From a virus (taxonomy: Duplodnaviria; Caudoviricetes), in IMG/VR virus record IMGVR_UViG_3300031760_000050, positions 3,744 through 67,743 of that record: a stretch of 64,000 bases of DNA; one strand, 5' to 3'. The notes below the pieces were generated by a model. That model saw only the letters and a list, made by a program, of their open reading frames with translations. It did no database searches and was not told the origin of the DNA. Shown piece after piece: positions 1 through 9,023 of the stretch (its first letter is position 1; every line of letters starts with the position of its first letter). The position numbers and the translations under genes were made by a program.

Positions 1-383
1 TTAATTTGAACGTCAGGACATTTAGTTATTTCGGCTTCACCCATATCGCCGAGAAAAAGAAAAACATCGTTGCGTTTTACATACTGCTTGTGCATCTCAA
101 GCATAAGCTGAGAATCACGCGCAGCTTTTTCTTTCAATTCAGGAGGATAGTTAAGATTCCAATAACGACATTCTTTGAATAGATGATAATCTGTACTTAC
201 CCACGGATTACAAGATTCTATAAGCTGAAGAGCAGTATCCAAATCTATTCGAGATTTACCAAGCACTTGAGTAATCAATGTGTTTGGATTTATCCCACTA
301 TCTTCACAGCTAACTTTAGGTTTTTCTTTATAACCTTTTGGAACTTTTATCGAGTTAAGTCCCGAGTTAAAACTCTCAAACAT
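1..383 (-). CDS. Calcineurin-like metallophosphoesterase, runs off window edge (not in ORF track)
   Basis: Hand translation from ATG at 383: MFESFNSG...WVSTDYHLF...HKQYVKRNDVFLFLGDMG; DxH and GD motifs; GAGG SD. Confidence 0.75.
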   Translation of the reverse strand, partial: MFESFNSGLNSIKVPKGYKEKPKVSCEDSGINPNTLITQVLGKSRIDLDTALQLIESCNPWVSTDYHLFKECRYWNLNYPPELKEKAARDSQLMLEMHKQYVKRNDVFLFLGDMGEAEITKCPDVQI

Positions 384-402
384 ATTATACCTCAGTAAAC
401 TT

Positions 403-414
403 TACTGAGGTGTT
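403..414 (-). promoter_or_regulatory. Late-type promoter AACA-N6-TA
   Basis: AACAcctcagTA, +1 20 nt before ATG 383. Confidence 0.65.
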
Positions 415-420
415 TTCAAC

Positions 421-457
421 AAAAATAACCGCTTCCGTTTTCTATGGAAGCGGTTAT
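421..457 (-). terminator. Intrinsic terminator
   Basis: ataaccgcttcc/ggaagcggttat stem plus U-tract on minus. Confidence 0.8.
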
Positions 458-460
458 CTG

Positions 461-679
461 TTAAATGACAGTAATCGCATCAGGATCATTCATCATTCTG
501 TCAAATTCATCAAACGTTGCGTTAAGCCCCAAATGATATTCACGCTTTCCATCAGGACGTTGAACTATTTTTGTTTGACTCTTTTCTTGAAACCGTTTAG
601 GTCCAATCGCAAATATTAACTGATTACAAAGGTCGTCACCAATAGTATCATGAAGAATTGAGTTTTGCGCTATATACAT
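461..679 (-). CDS. Hypothetical protein, 72 aa
   Basis: AGAAGGA SD, early-type promoter upstream, terminator at 421-457 downstream. Confidence 0.7.
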   Translation of the reverse strand: MYIAQNSILHDTIGDDLCNQLIFAIGPKRFQEKSQTKIVQRPDGKREYHLGLNATFDEFDRMMNDPDAITVI

Positions 680-760
680 AGTAATATCCTTCTAGTAATA
701 ATTCTTTCATTGCCATTTACTAGTATGGCGATTGGGATTAAGCTCTCATACGAGTGCTTT
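680..760 (-). promoter_or_regulatory. Structured 5' leader, copy A
   Basis: GCACUC-GUAU-GAGAGC, UUAAUCCCAAU, second hairpin, AGAAGGA. Confidence 0.6.
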
Positions 761-763
761 CAT

Positions 764-776
764 AATAATGATATAT
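764..776 (-). promoter_or_regulatory. Early-type promoter motif
   Basis: ATATATCATTATT. Confidence 0.5.
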
Positions 777-811
777 AAATTATCTGGTCGCATATGCGAC
801 CAGATATTTTT

Positions 812-1675
812 TTATGATGCAGGTACAAAAACGATATTCTTGGCAACTCCCTTAAACTCAGGGTCTTCCCAAGCACAATCTTTGATGAGTTTAATCATAT
901 AGTTGAAAGGAGAATAATCCATATCGACAATCTCGATGTAGTTGAACTTCTCCTGAGCTTGCATAACTTTAATCTTCTCAGCTTCCTTAACCCTATCGAC
1001 TGCGAGAATCTTATGATGCTTATTTTCATGGGATTTAATCTCGACAATCAAGTTAAAGTTTGGAAGATAATAGTCAGGGATGTACAGATGCGTGGTTCCT
1101 TCATACATATACTCGAATGTCTCAGGACACCGCATGATTTCTGTTGATTCCCAACCGTATACTTTGTCAAGCAATCTTAAGAAATCTGCTTCGTAGCTTC
1201 CCATGTATGGTACACTACCACCGTCTGGGAAAGCATACTGTCCTGAAATGCTACGACCTTCTTCCATCTTCTCTTGCATCTTCGGGTCGTTTAGTAAATG
1301 CTCTTTGCCGTATTTTGCGACCATACGACGTTTTGCTTCCTGAACGTACTTCATTCTACACTCTGGCGAACAGAATCGTTTATATCGTTCTGCTTCTTCG
1401 TCCCAATCAGTATGCTTAATTCTACACATAACACACAATCCATAAGACTTATGATTGCGCACATTGAAGCAATACTGAGCAGGGCTCATACCTTCAGGGA
1501 GTTCATCTCCGTGGTTTTTCAATATATGAGAATACAATGCGTTTTTACCTATGTATGGACGCCCGCACACAGGGCATTTTACAACTTTTTCTTTTTTCGC
1601 AGTTTGTGCGATATCTCTTGCAGATTCCATAGCAACTTCGCCGAAGAAATCTGCTGTTTCAAAAACGATACTCAT
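812..1675 (-). CDS. C2H2 zinc finger + Zn ribbon + TnsA-N-like PD-(D/E)XK endonuclease
   Basis: CPVC...HILKNH; CVMC...FCSPEC; SYEADF...YIPDYYLPNFNLIVEIKS. Confidence 0.7.
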   Translation of the reverse strand: MSIVFETADFFGEVAMESARDIAQTAKKEKVVKCPVCGRPYIGKNALYSHILKNHGDELPEGMSPAQYCFNVRNHKSYGLCVMCRIKHTDWDEEAERYKRFCSPECRMKYVQEAKRRMVAKYGKEHLLNDPKMQEKMEEGRSISGQYAFPDGGSVPYMGSYEADFLRLLDKVYGWESTEIMRCPETFEYMYEGTTHLYIPDYYLPNFNLIVEIKSHENKHHKILAVDRVKEAEKIKVMQAQEKFNYIEIVDMDYSPFNYMIKLIKDCAWEDPEFKGVAKNIVFVPAS

Positions 1676-1716
1676 GTTATTATAATTCCTCCAAAATCAC
1701 TATAAAAATCGAGATT

Positions 1717-1728
1717 AACAAGAAACTA
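1717..1728 (+). promoter_or_regulatory. Late-type promoter
   Basis: AACAagaaacTA before gp25-like operon. Confidence 0.7.
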
Positions 1729-1736
1729 ACAGCGAT

Positions 1737-1748
1737 TACCGCCTTGTT
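1737..1748 (-). promoter_or_regulatory. Late-type promoter
   Basis: AACAaggcggTA before the 812-1675 gene. Confidence 0.6.
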
Positions 1749-1773
1749 TTTACGGTAATCAAGGAGGTACATC

Positions 1774-2226
1774 GTGTCTGAAACTTTGATTTGCGATTAC
1801 TCATTTGAGTTTGGTAAATACAAAGATATGAACGAAATGCTCGACAATAATAACTTCCGATATAAGCTAAATGCTTTGATGAATCTGATGCAGACAAGAC
1901 CGGGACAGGTTTGTGATAATCCGAAGATGGGTATTGATATGGATAAATTACAATTCTCTGAAGGAATGGAAATTGGTAACATGAGGAGTTACATCCAGCA
2001 GCAGATAATGAATCAAGCAAATACTTATATCGAGCCAGGATTTGTCGAGGAAATCGAAATAACCTCTGTACCTATCACAAATGGTGAAGCGGGTGCTGGA
2101 GCTATGGAAGTACAGTTTAGAATGGCTCTCAAAGGTGAAGTTGGCGTTGTAATAACGTCAATAAAATCGGAGAGAAAGCTCGTTTTCAAAACTGTAGAGT
2201 TTGATAAACAACCTTTCAGGTTATAA
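1774..2226 (+). CDS. Baseplate wedge protein, T4 gp25-like
   Basis: LMNLMQTRPGQVCDNPKMGIDM matches gp25 pattern; GTG start with AGGAGG SD. Confidence 0.7.
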   Translation: MSETLICDYSFEFGKYKDMNEMLDNNNFRYKLNALMNLMQTRPGQVCDNPKMGIDMDKLQFSEGMEIGNMRSYIQQQIMNQANTYIEPGFVEEIEITSVPITNGEAGAGAMEVQFRMALKGEVGVVITSIKSERKLVFKTVEFDKQPFRL

Positions 2227-2245
2227 TTTATAAAGGAGCCAGTTT

Positions 2246-2908
2246 ATGGATAAGGATTATGATGCAAGACGTAATATGCAGCGTTACGTCGACACCACAA
2301 GCGAGGAAATCGCTAGGACGCAAGAACAGCCGCTGAGAGAACGTTTCAAAACGTTCAAATCTCCTGTGAAGAACGAGCAGGAACGTGAGCAGATGTATGC
2401 TGATGTATCACATGCAGTGTCGCAGTTTGCTCAGAGTAATATGCCTTCTTCGGTAGCGAATGAAGCGGCTACTGCTACGCCGAAGGAACGCAAAGCTACA
2501 CTCGACAAACAGAGAGGAATTATCAAACGTATGCGTGCAGAACATGGTCTGGAAAATAAATCAGAACGTAGACCTGCACAAGGTGTTGTAAACGGTGAAG
2601 CTGGAAAAGGATTTTATCCCCTTCCAACAGAAGCTGAAGTCACCGGTCATCGTGAAGAAGCACGTGTTGTTCAGCATAATAATAGAAAACCACTTCCAAT
2701 GGAACAACGGCTTATCGACGCCGGAAAGCAAGAGTTTGCTACTCTCGGTAGCGAAGTTTCAAAACCTGATTACGGGGAATACAATTCGATAACGGAGTCT
2801 GAAGCTAAGCAAGGCAAGTTCGGTTTTGAGAAATCTGCCCAGCAGTCAAAGAATCCGCTTGGGTTGTACGACCCAGATTTCGAAGAAGAAAACGAATCTA
2901 ATCTATAA
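2246..2908 (+). CDS. Hypothetical protein, 220 aa
   Basis: AAGGAG SD, co-oriented in late operon. Confidence 0.75.
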   Translation: MDKDYDARRNMQRYVDTTSEEIARTQEQPLRERFKTFKSPVKNEQEREQMYADVSHAVSQFAQSNMPSSVANEAATATPKERKATLDKQRGIIKRMRAEHGLENKSERRPAQGVVNGEAGKGFYPLPTEAEVTGHREEARVVQHNNRKPLPMEQRLIDAGKQEFATLGSEVSKPDYGEYNSITESEAKQGKFGFEKSAQQSKNPLGLYDPDFEEENESNL

Positions 2909-2920
2909 GGAGTTTAAGTT

Positions 2921-4969
2921 ATGGAAGAACGCAAAATTCCGCCTATGGTCAATATGGACCCTAGTCACCCGTCAGCAGCGCCTTCAATTACAATCGAAGA
3001 GCGTACTAACGCTGAACTGGAAGCACTTGGTGCTACAAAGCGCAATGATGCTGCACCCGCAATCCCGCAGGTTCAGAAGTCTAAAAACGATGGGGTTCCT
3101 GGGAAGTTTACACTTCCACAGTTTGCAAATGAACCTATCCATCGTGGCGAGCAGGAAACTATGGTTCCTCCGCCTACACCGGTAAATCCGAAGTTTGCCG
3201 AAAACACAATCCCTGCGGAGAAGAAAGAAATGAATCTCGAAGCACCTACATCTATCGCTGCTCCTGTTATACAAGAACAGAAAGCGCCGGAAGTTATGGG
3301 AGTAGACATTGCTCCAGTTCCAAATATTACTGAAGCCGTCGAAACTCAGCGCAAGCTTGACCATCCTGAGTTGCAGGAAAATCCTGACGATAATCTCAAG
3401 CCTGCGAAGAAAGTCATCGTTCCTGAAGGACATAACGAACCGCTTCCTGAGCCGCCTGAAACTTCTGAAATGGAACGTTCTGCAGAAACAGTCGCTGTTG
3501 AAATGCCGAAACCGGAAGTTGCCACAACAAAAGAACCGCTTACTCAGCCTGAACCGCAGGATGCTGCAGAAGCTCTCGAAGATGCAAAGAAAGCTGTGCT
3601 TGCTGAGCGCAAGAACGTCGTGATTCCGAACGAATACGAGGATGCTGACCCTGAAGCATCTCGCGAAGCGCCGCACGTGCAGGAAGTTGAGGATACAACT
3701 CACGATAGCATTACTCCGAAAGAGTCCGACGCTGTCGATTCTGATGGTGCTCCTATTCAGGGCGACGTTCCTTCAGACCTTCCTGAAGAGAAGATTGTAA
3801 CTGGTCTTACCGACGACGAAATGCGGGACAAGTTCATCAAAGAGAATGATGAGATGGAGAAAAATTATCCTATCGCCACAACACCCCGCAAGTACACAAC
3901 TGCGAAAGAAATTCATGAGTTTGTCGACGAGACAACTACTCATTTCCGCATTATCGAAGGCAATCCGTCGATGAAACCAAAGCGCAAGATTGACCCGAAA
4001 GCACAGAACGTTACCATCATCAAGAATGATGAAGCTCACAGCTCCGATTTCTCACTCCGCTTTACACGTGCGCAGATGAACGTTCTCAGCGGCGAACGTA
4101 AAGTCATGGTCGTTGCAACACAGTCCGGTTACTCGGTTATGTGTTCAGCCATGAACAGCCGCGAAATCCGTGCATTCGGTCGTGACCAGCGTTCTCAGGA
4201 CGATATGAACAGAACGTACAACGCAAACATGGCAATTGTGTCTGCAGTGTTCGCAAAGCTTTCGGACTTCTCTTGTGGTCCGATGACGTTCAACCAATTC
4301 ATCGAGAATACGGCATATCCTGATTTGCAGACACTTATCTTCGGTATTTATCAGGCAACCTATCCGATTGCTAACAACTTCAACCTCATGTGTACTTACT
4401 GCAACCGCAGCTTCAGCGTACCGATTGGAAATGCATCACTTGCATGTGTTCCTGCTGGTGAAGTTGAGCAGCAGTATATCAAAGACGTATTGTATGGTGC
4501 GGCTGACCCTCGTGAGCTTATCAAAAAGTCAAAGAGGTACACCGGCTTCGAATACTTCTATGAAAATAACACGAAATGTTTGCGTATTCGCACACCGTCC
4601 ATCTTGGAGTTCTACAAACGCGCCTATCAGGGCAAGCGCGAGGACATCATAGACGAGTATCAGAACGATATGTACTACGCAGGTTACTGTCGTAGTTACG
4701 GTATTGCAGATATCGAGGAGTTCAACCGCTCTGGAAATCTGACGTACATCCACTCTGAGAAAATTGAAGACATTGACCGCGCAATCGCCGAGATGAATCC
4801 GTATGAGAAAGAAGCATTTGAGCGCACGATTCTGAATTACATCAACAAGTATTCAGTTTCGTACCAGATTCCTGCTGTACGTTGCCCGCACTGTAAGAAG
4901 ATTATGCTTCAGCGTGAAATTAACATGAAAACGCTTTTTTTCGAAGCCAAGGCCCAAAGGGGGTTATAA
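2921..4969 (+). CDS. Baseplate hub/tail assembly chaperone (T4 gp26/gp51-like) with long P/E-rich N-terminus
   Basis: LIFGIYQATYP...MCTYCNRSF and VRCPHCKK Zn motifs in C-terminal half. Confidence 0.6.
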   Translation: MEERKIPPMVNMDPSHPSAAPSITIEERTNAELEALGATKRNDAAPAIPQVQKSKNDGVPGKFTLPQFANEPIHRGEQETMVPPPTPVNPKFAENTIPAEKKEMNLEAPTSIAAPVIQEQKAPEVMGVDIAPVPNITEAVETQRKLDHPELQENPDDNLKPAKKVIVPEGHNEPLPEPPETSEMERSAETVAVEMPKPEVATTKEPLTQPEPQDAAEALEDAKKAVLAERKNVVIPNEYEDADPEASREAPHVQEVEDTTHDSITPKESDAVDSDGAPIQGDVPSDLPEEKIVTGLTDDEMRDKFIKENDEMEKNYPIATTPRKYTTAKEIHEFVDETTTHFRIIEGNPSMKPKRKIDPKAQNVTIIKNDEAHSSDFSLRFTRAQMNVLSGERKVMVVATQSGYSVMCSAMNSREIRAFGRDQRSQDDMNRTYNANMAIVSAVFAKLSDFSCGPMTFNQFIENTAYPDLQTLIFGIYQATYPIANNFNLMCTYCNRSFSVPIGNASLACVPAGEVEQQYIKDVLYGAADPRELIKKSKRYTGFEYFYENNTKCLRIRTPSILEFYKRAYQGKREDIIDEYQNDMYYAGYCRSYGIADIEEFNRSGNLTYIHSEKIEDIDRAIAEMNPYEKEAFERTILNYINKYSVSYQIPAVRCPHCKKIMLQREINMKTLFFEAKAQRGL

Positions 4970-5025
4970 GAGACAAATCTGGAAAGCTCGTCAGCACAGA
5001 TGTAGATATCGAGGAATCGGAATAC

Positions 5026-5196
5026 ATGTTGCAGCTGCTTGAGCTTTTTGGAAACAGCATATCTCTTACCGAGCTAGAAGAAATGGATTTGCCCTTACTG
5101 TCTTCTCGTATTGAGGCTCGAATTAGGCAAATTGGCAAACGCGAAGAAGCCCAAGCCAAAGCACGAGAAGCAGCTAAACGTGCTTCCAAAAGGTAA
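5026..5196 (+). CDS. Small tail-assembly-chaperone-like ORF, 56 aa; possibly the frameshifted extension of 2921-4969
   Basis: MLQLLELFGNSISLTELEEMDLPLLSSRIEARIRQ...; frame open from 4924, i.e. -1 relative to upstream gene. Confidence 0.65.
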   Translation: MLQLLELFGNSISLTELEEMDLPLLSSRIEARIRQIGKREEAQAKAREAAKRASKR

Positions 5197-5220
5197 TACT
5201 ACACTTAAGGAGTCCTACAA

Positions 5221-5604
5221 ATGGATAAAATGAAATTTCTTCTGGACTTGTCGAACCTTGGCGATGACCAGAAAGCAAATGATGAAAACTTCAAGGCGAT
5301 GATGCAGCATGATAGCTTCATCAACGCAGTGTACGACCATGTAAACGGTATCAATGATTCTGAAACTGGTGGTGCTGCTACAGTACAGCCAGTCGATTTC
5401 AGAAATCTTGAAACACCACCAGAGGTTATCTACTTCAAACCTGCTCAGAATCTGGACATTCCTGAGGAAAAGCAGGCTAAAAAGTTCGGCGGTTGTGTAC
5501 CATCGACTTATAGCTTCGACGATACTGTTGGAGACGAGGAGATTCACTTCGGGTACGACAAAAAAGCACACATGTATACGTACACACATACACATCGTGC
5601 TTAG
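5221..5604 (+). CDS. Hypothetical protein, 127 aa
   Basis: AAGGAG SD; directly upstream of chaperonin. Confidence 0.7.
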   Translation: MDKMKFLLDLSNLGDDQKANDENFKAMMQHDSFINAVYDHVNGINDSETGGAATVQPVDFRNLETPPEVIYFKPAQNLDIPEEKQAKKFGGCVPSTYSFDDTVGDEEIHFGYDKKAHMYTYTHTHRA

Positions 5605-5630
5605 CACGAAATTATATTGGAGGAACTACT

Positions 5631-7517
5631 ATGGCATTTCTCTTTAACAGAGGAGAATATAGCAACGTTATCGGAACGAATAAACTGAGACGTGAGGCTG
5701 CAAAAGCTCTCAAGTTTGAGTCTCAGGCGTTTGCAAAAACGCTCGGTCCGTACGGTGAAAACACCATCATTGAGTCTCAGACACTCAATCACAAAATCAC
5801 AAAAGACGGTTTTGAAGTCTATAAAAACGTAGTTATCTACAATAAGATTGGTCGAGTTATTGCCCGTCTTATTCAGAAGATTTCTGGTACGTTGAACGAA
5901 AACGTCGGCGACGGAACTACGTCATCTGTGGTTGTGGCAAAAGAAATGTACCAGCTGCGCAAAATCATCAAAAAATACAAAATTACGCCGAAGCTCTTCA
6001 CTCTTATTTTGGAAGAAGTAAGTGCTTGGCTGATTTCACGCATGAAGGTTAATGCATTCGATGTAACAACGCTGTCTGAGGATATAAAGGCTCTCGCAGA
6101 CCGCACTGACCTCGACAAACTCCGCGATACTCGTTTTCATGAAGTTGTCAAGAACTTGGCCGCTATCTCGCTTAACAACGACTATGAGAAAGGTCAGCTC
6201 ATTGCCGACATTTTCTCACAGCTTGAAGAGCCTGGAAATGGTTACATCAACGTCGACCGCTCGAATACTGAGCTTACACATTATGACAAAGACCGTGGTT
6301 TTGAAATCTTCCGTGGCGCAATTGACCCTGAACTTACTCCAGGAGGCACCATTGAATGGCGTAAGCCGAAGATTCTTCTTGTTAAGGGTCAGCTGGCAAC
6401 GAACGATATCGCCTGCGTCGAGAAGGTTGTAAACTTCGTTATCGGAACGCTAGGTCAGCCACTTGTCATTATTGCTGGCGGATTCAGTCAGGCTCTTACG
6501 CAGACAATCCTTCAGTCGGCGATGGTGTATCGCGAACAGAAAAAGACAGCGTTTCCGCTGCTTGCAATCGAAGTTGATAATACTTCAGATGCAGGTTTCG
6601 AGAACTTCAAAGACGTTGAGGCGAACGTGTGTGCTACAATCATTGACACACAATATGGTAAACCGTTCCCGAACGAAAAAGAACCGGAAATGTACATCAA
6701 GTACCTTGGTGAAGCTGAGCTTGTACGCTGTAAAGGCGTTTACTGGACTCGTATTCTCGGCGGCAAACGTTCAGCCACTCGTGTTGAAGCACGTCTCGCT
6801 GCTATTGACCAAGAAATCGCTCGCTTGAAGTCTGAGCCGGAAGTTGACCATTATCATGCTATCTTCAAGCTCAACAAACGTCGTGCTTGTTTGCTCAATG
6901 ACATGATTACGCTCAACATTGGCGGCAAAACACCTGAAGAAAAAGAAACCGATGCGTTCCTTTTCGACGACGCTGTGCGTGGATGCAAGTCGGCAATCAA
7001 CAACGGTATCTGTCGTGGTGGAAACCTTGAGGTTGCACGTATGTGCTATGAAATCCTCAATAATCTCAACCCGATGGTTGACGTTCTGAAAGACGAGGAA
7101 CTTCCTGTACTGGTTGACTTGTGTATGAAGAAAATCCAGTCGTTCGGTATCAGTGAGAATAAGATGAAAGCAATCGTTATTGATATGCTTCGTGGTCTCA
7201 TGGATGCATACACGAGAGCGTTCGCAATTATCGTGAACAATAAGTTTCACGACCGCAGAAAATCAATCAAAATTGCAAGAAAGTGTGTTGCTGAAAACCA
7301 GGTGTACAATCTCGTCGACGGTACATACGAATCTTACGATAGCAACCCGGATTCCTTCAGCTTCAACGGCGGATTTAAGATTGGTAACAAGGTTATCAAC
7401 TCGGTTGACACAGACATCAATATCTTGAAGACATCAGTGTCTATCCTCAACTTGGTGATTACCAGCAACCAATTCATCCGCTTCCCGAAGCGTGAGGAAA
7501 TGCTTAAGAACATGTAA
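5631..7517 (+). CDS. groEL: Phage GroEL-like chaperonin
   Basis: TLGPYGENTII, ITKDG, VGDGTTS, DDAV motifs; no GGM tail. Confidence 0.95.
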   Translation: MAFLFNRGEYSNVIGTNKLRREAAKALKFESQAFAKTLGPYGENTIIESQTLNHKITKDGFEVYKNVVIYNKIGRVIARLIQKISGTLNENVGDGTTSSVVVAKEMYQLRKIIKKYKITPKLFTLILEEVSAWLISRMKVNAFDVTTLSEDIKALADRTDLDKLRDTRFHEVVKNLAAISLNNDYEKGQLIADIFSQLEEPGNGYINVDRSNTELTHYDKDRGFEIFRGAIDPELTPGGTIEWRKPKILLVKGQLATNDIACVEKVVNFVIGTLGQPLVIIAGGFSQALTQTILQSAMVYREQKKTAFPLLAIEVDNTSDAGFENFKDVEANVCATIIDTQYGKPFPNEKEPEMYIKYLGEAELVRCKGVYWTRILGGKRSATRVEARLAAIDQEIARLKSEPEVDHYHAIFKLNKRRACLLNDMITLNIGGKTPEEKETDAFLFDDAVRGCKSAINNGICRGGNLEVARMCYEILNNLNPMVDVLKDEELPVLVDLCMKKIQSFGISENKMKAIVIDMLRGLMDAYTRAFAIIVNNKFHDRRKSIKIARKCVAENQVYNLVDGTYESYDSNPDSFSFNGGFKIGNKVINSVDTDINILKTSVSILNLVITSNQFIRFPKREEMLKNM

Positions 7518-7552
7518 AACGTCCTACTGTTACTTTCGTGGATTTTCCGCAA

Positions 7553-7595
7553 AAAATAAGACCTGGCGGGTTCCCGCCAGGCACTTTTCTTTTTT
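7553..7595. terminator. Bidirectional intrinsic terminator between convergent genes
   Basis: cctggcggg/cccgccagg stem, A-tract left and T-tract right. Confidence 0.85.
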
Positions 7596-7610
7596 GGAAA
7601 TCCTTTTAGA

Positions 7611-7970
7611 TTAAGCTACTCTCTTATAAGCCTTGATTGTAGCCAATCTTATAACGCGCTCGACGCGCATTGCAAAATCGAAGAATATTTTTGATTCATA
7701 CGCTTTTCCTTTGAACTTCCCGCCATGCCCGCCATGACAAAGAACATTGAAGTTCTCGTTGACAGGATTGAATGTGTTCACCGTAAGGCTTAACGCTCCA
7801 ATTGCATTTGTCGGAACGTTTCTGAAGAGAACTGTTACGACGGGAAACTGCCCGTCAGCTCTCTTAACACTCAAAGCGAAACGAGCATCGTCAAAGACAT
7901 ACTCTCCAATCTTTTCCTCAATGAGGTCACTGAGGGTTTCCAAATAGTAGTTACGAATATTCCCACCCAT
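7611..7970 (-). CDS. Hypothetical protein, 119 aa
   Basis: AAGGAG SD, early-type promoter. Confidence 0.7.
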   Translation of the reverse strand: MGGNIRNYYLETLSDLIEEKIGEYVFDDARFALSVKRADGQFPVVTVLFRNVPTNAIGALSLTVNTFNPVNENFNVLCHGGHGGKFKGKAYESKIFFDFAMRVERVIRLATIKAYKRVA

Positions 7971-8020
7971 TCGTATACTCCTTAAAAAGAAATTTCGTAG
8001 ATATCCCCAATCTACACCAT

Positions 8021-8032
8021 AATCATGTATAT
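8021..8032 (-). promoter_or_regulatory. Early-type promoter motif
   Basis: ATATACATGATT. Confidence 0.6.
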
Positions 8033-8114
8033 TTGGATATTTTCCATCTACGATTATGTGAATGTATTACAGTAAATAAAAAATAACTGCCCGCATTGTG
8101 CGGGCAGTATTGTG

Positions 8115-8768
8115 TTACCTGTAGAGTCTCATCTTCTCGTTGATTGAAATCAAACGGTTATTTATTGCGATGAGTTCGTTGTACTTTTCTTTGTAAGGAA
8201 CGTATCCGTCTTTTGTAGACTTACGCCACATGATGTGGTTTACATCCTTCTCCAAAGCCAAGTTCCAGTAGAACTCACCGAGAGTCATTGAAATACGCTT
8301 ACACTCAGCATTTGTACTCGGTACTTCAATCGGGTACATAGACAAAGTTATCCTTGCAGGAAATTCGTCATCTGCAGCATAATGTGCAAGTTCAAACTTC
8401 CATCCGACAGGAAGCTTCGGAATACCGAAGTTTGGTGACTTGAACATGATGTATGGTGTTGATTCGCAGATAATATGTCCACCGTTTCTGTACACATGCC
8501 CATGACAACTTGCAGCTGTAGGATAACCAAGCAGATTGAGAGCTGCGACCGCTCTTGCAATGTATGGGTCGACATATACAAATTTCTCATCATCGAGAAG
8601 CTTTATATTCGCTTTACGAGCGAAGATTTCATCAATGTACTTGCCGATTCTGAGTCTATCATAGAAGTTCCTAACTGAATCAAATACAAGTACGGCTGAG
8701 ACAGGATTTCCATTATTATATGACTTAGCTGCCTGTCTAGCAGCTTCACAATCGTAAATGTCTTTCAT
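8115..8768 (-). CDS. Hypothetical protein with Tyw3-like D..I...V..LN..G..T..SC.GH motif
   Basis: VDPYIARAVAALNLLGYPTAASCHGH. Confidence 0.55.
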   Translation of the reverse strand: MKDIYDCEAARQAAKSYNNGNPVSAVLVFDSVRNFYDRLRIGKYIDEIFARKANIKLLDDEKFVYVDPYIARAVAALNLLGYPTAASCHGHVYRNGGHIICESTPYIMFKSPNFGIPKLPVGWKFELAHYAADDEFPARITLSMYPIEVPSTNAECKRISMTLGEFYWNLALEKDVNHIMWRKSTKDGYVPYKEKYNELIAINNRLISINEKMRLYR

Positions 8769-8846
8769 GACTTTACTCCTTTTCGATAAAATAAACCTGT
8801 CTGCAGCAATCCAGCTGCAGACAGGTTCGGGTGGGTTTTTGTTGGC

Positions 8847-9023
8847 TTAGTTGATTGTGCAGTTTACAGCTGCGTATTTGTTGTCAAATACAGCCATGAA
8901 TCTGGTAGCATGGATAAAGGTGCAACCGTTCTTACCGACCTCGACGTCGTCAGCGTGAAATGTTGCGGAATGCGTGTAAACGCCCTGTTTTGCGAGTTCT
9001 TTGTATTCGTCAAACTTCGTCAT
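8847..9023 (-). CDS. Hypothetical protein, 58 aa
   Basis: AGAAGGAG SD before ATG at 9023; terminator at about 8790-8830. Confidence 0.7.
   Translation of the reverse strand: MTKFDEYKELAKQGVYTHSATFHADDVEVGKNGCTFIHATRFMAVFDNKYAAVNCTIN

Noticed and set aside
5221-5604. Possible GroES upstream of GroEL
   Set aside because: No PLxDRV, mobile-loop or GroES beta-barrel pattern
7991-8016. AATTTC...GTAGAT/ATCTAC reminiscent of a Cas12a repeat
   Set aside because: Stem order differs, single copy, no spacers or cas genes
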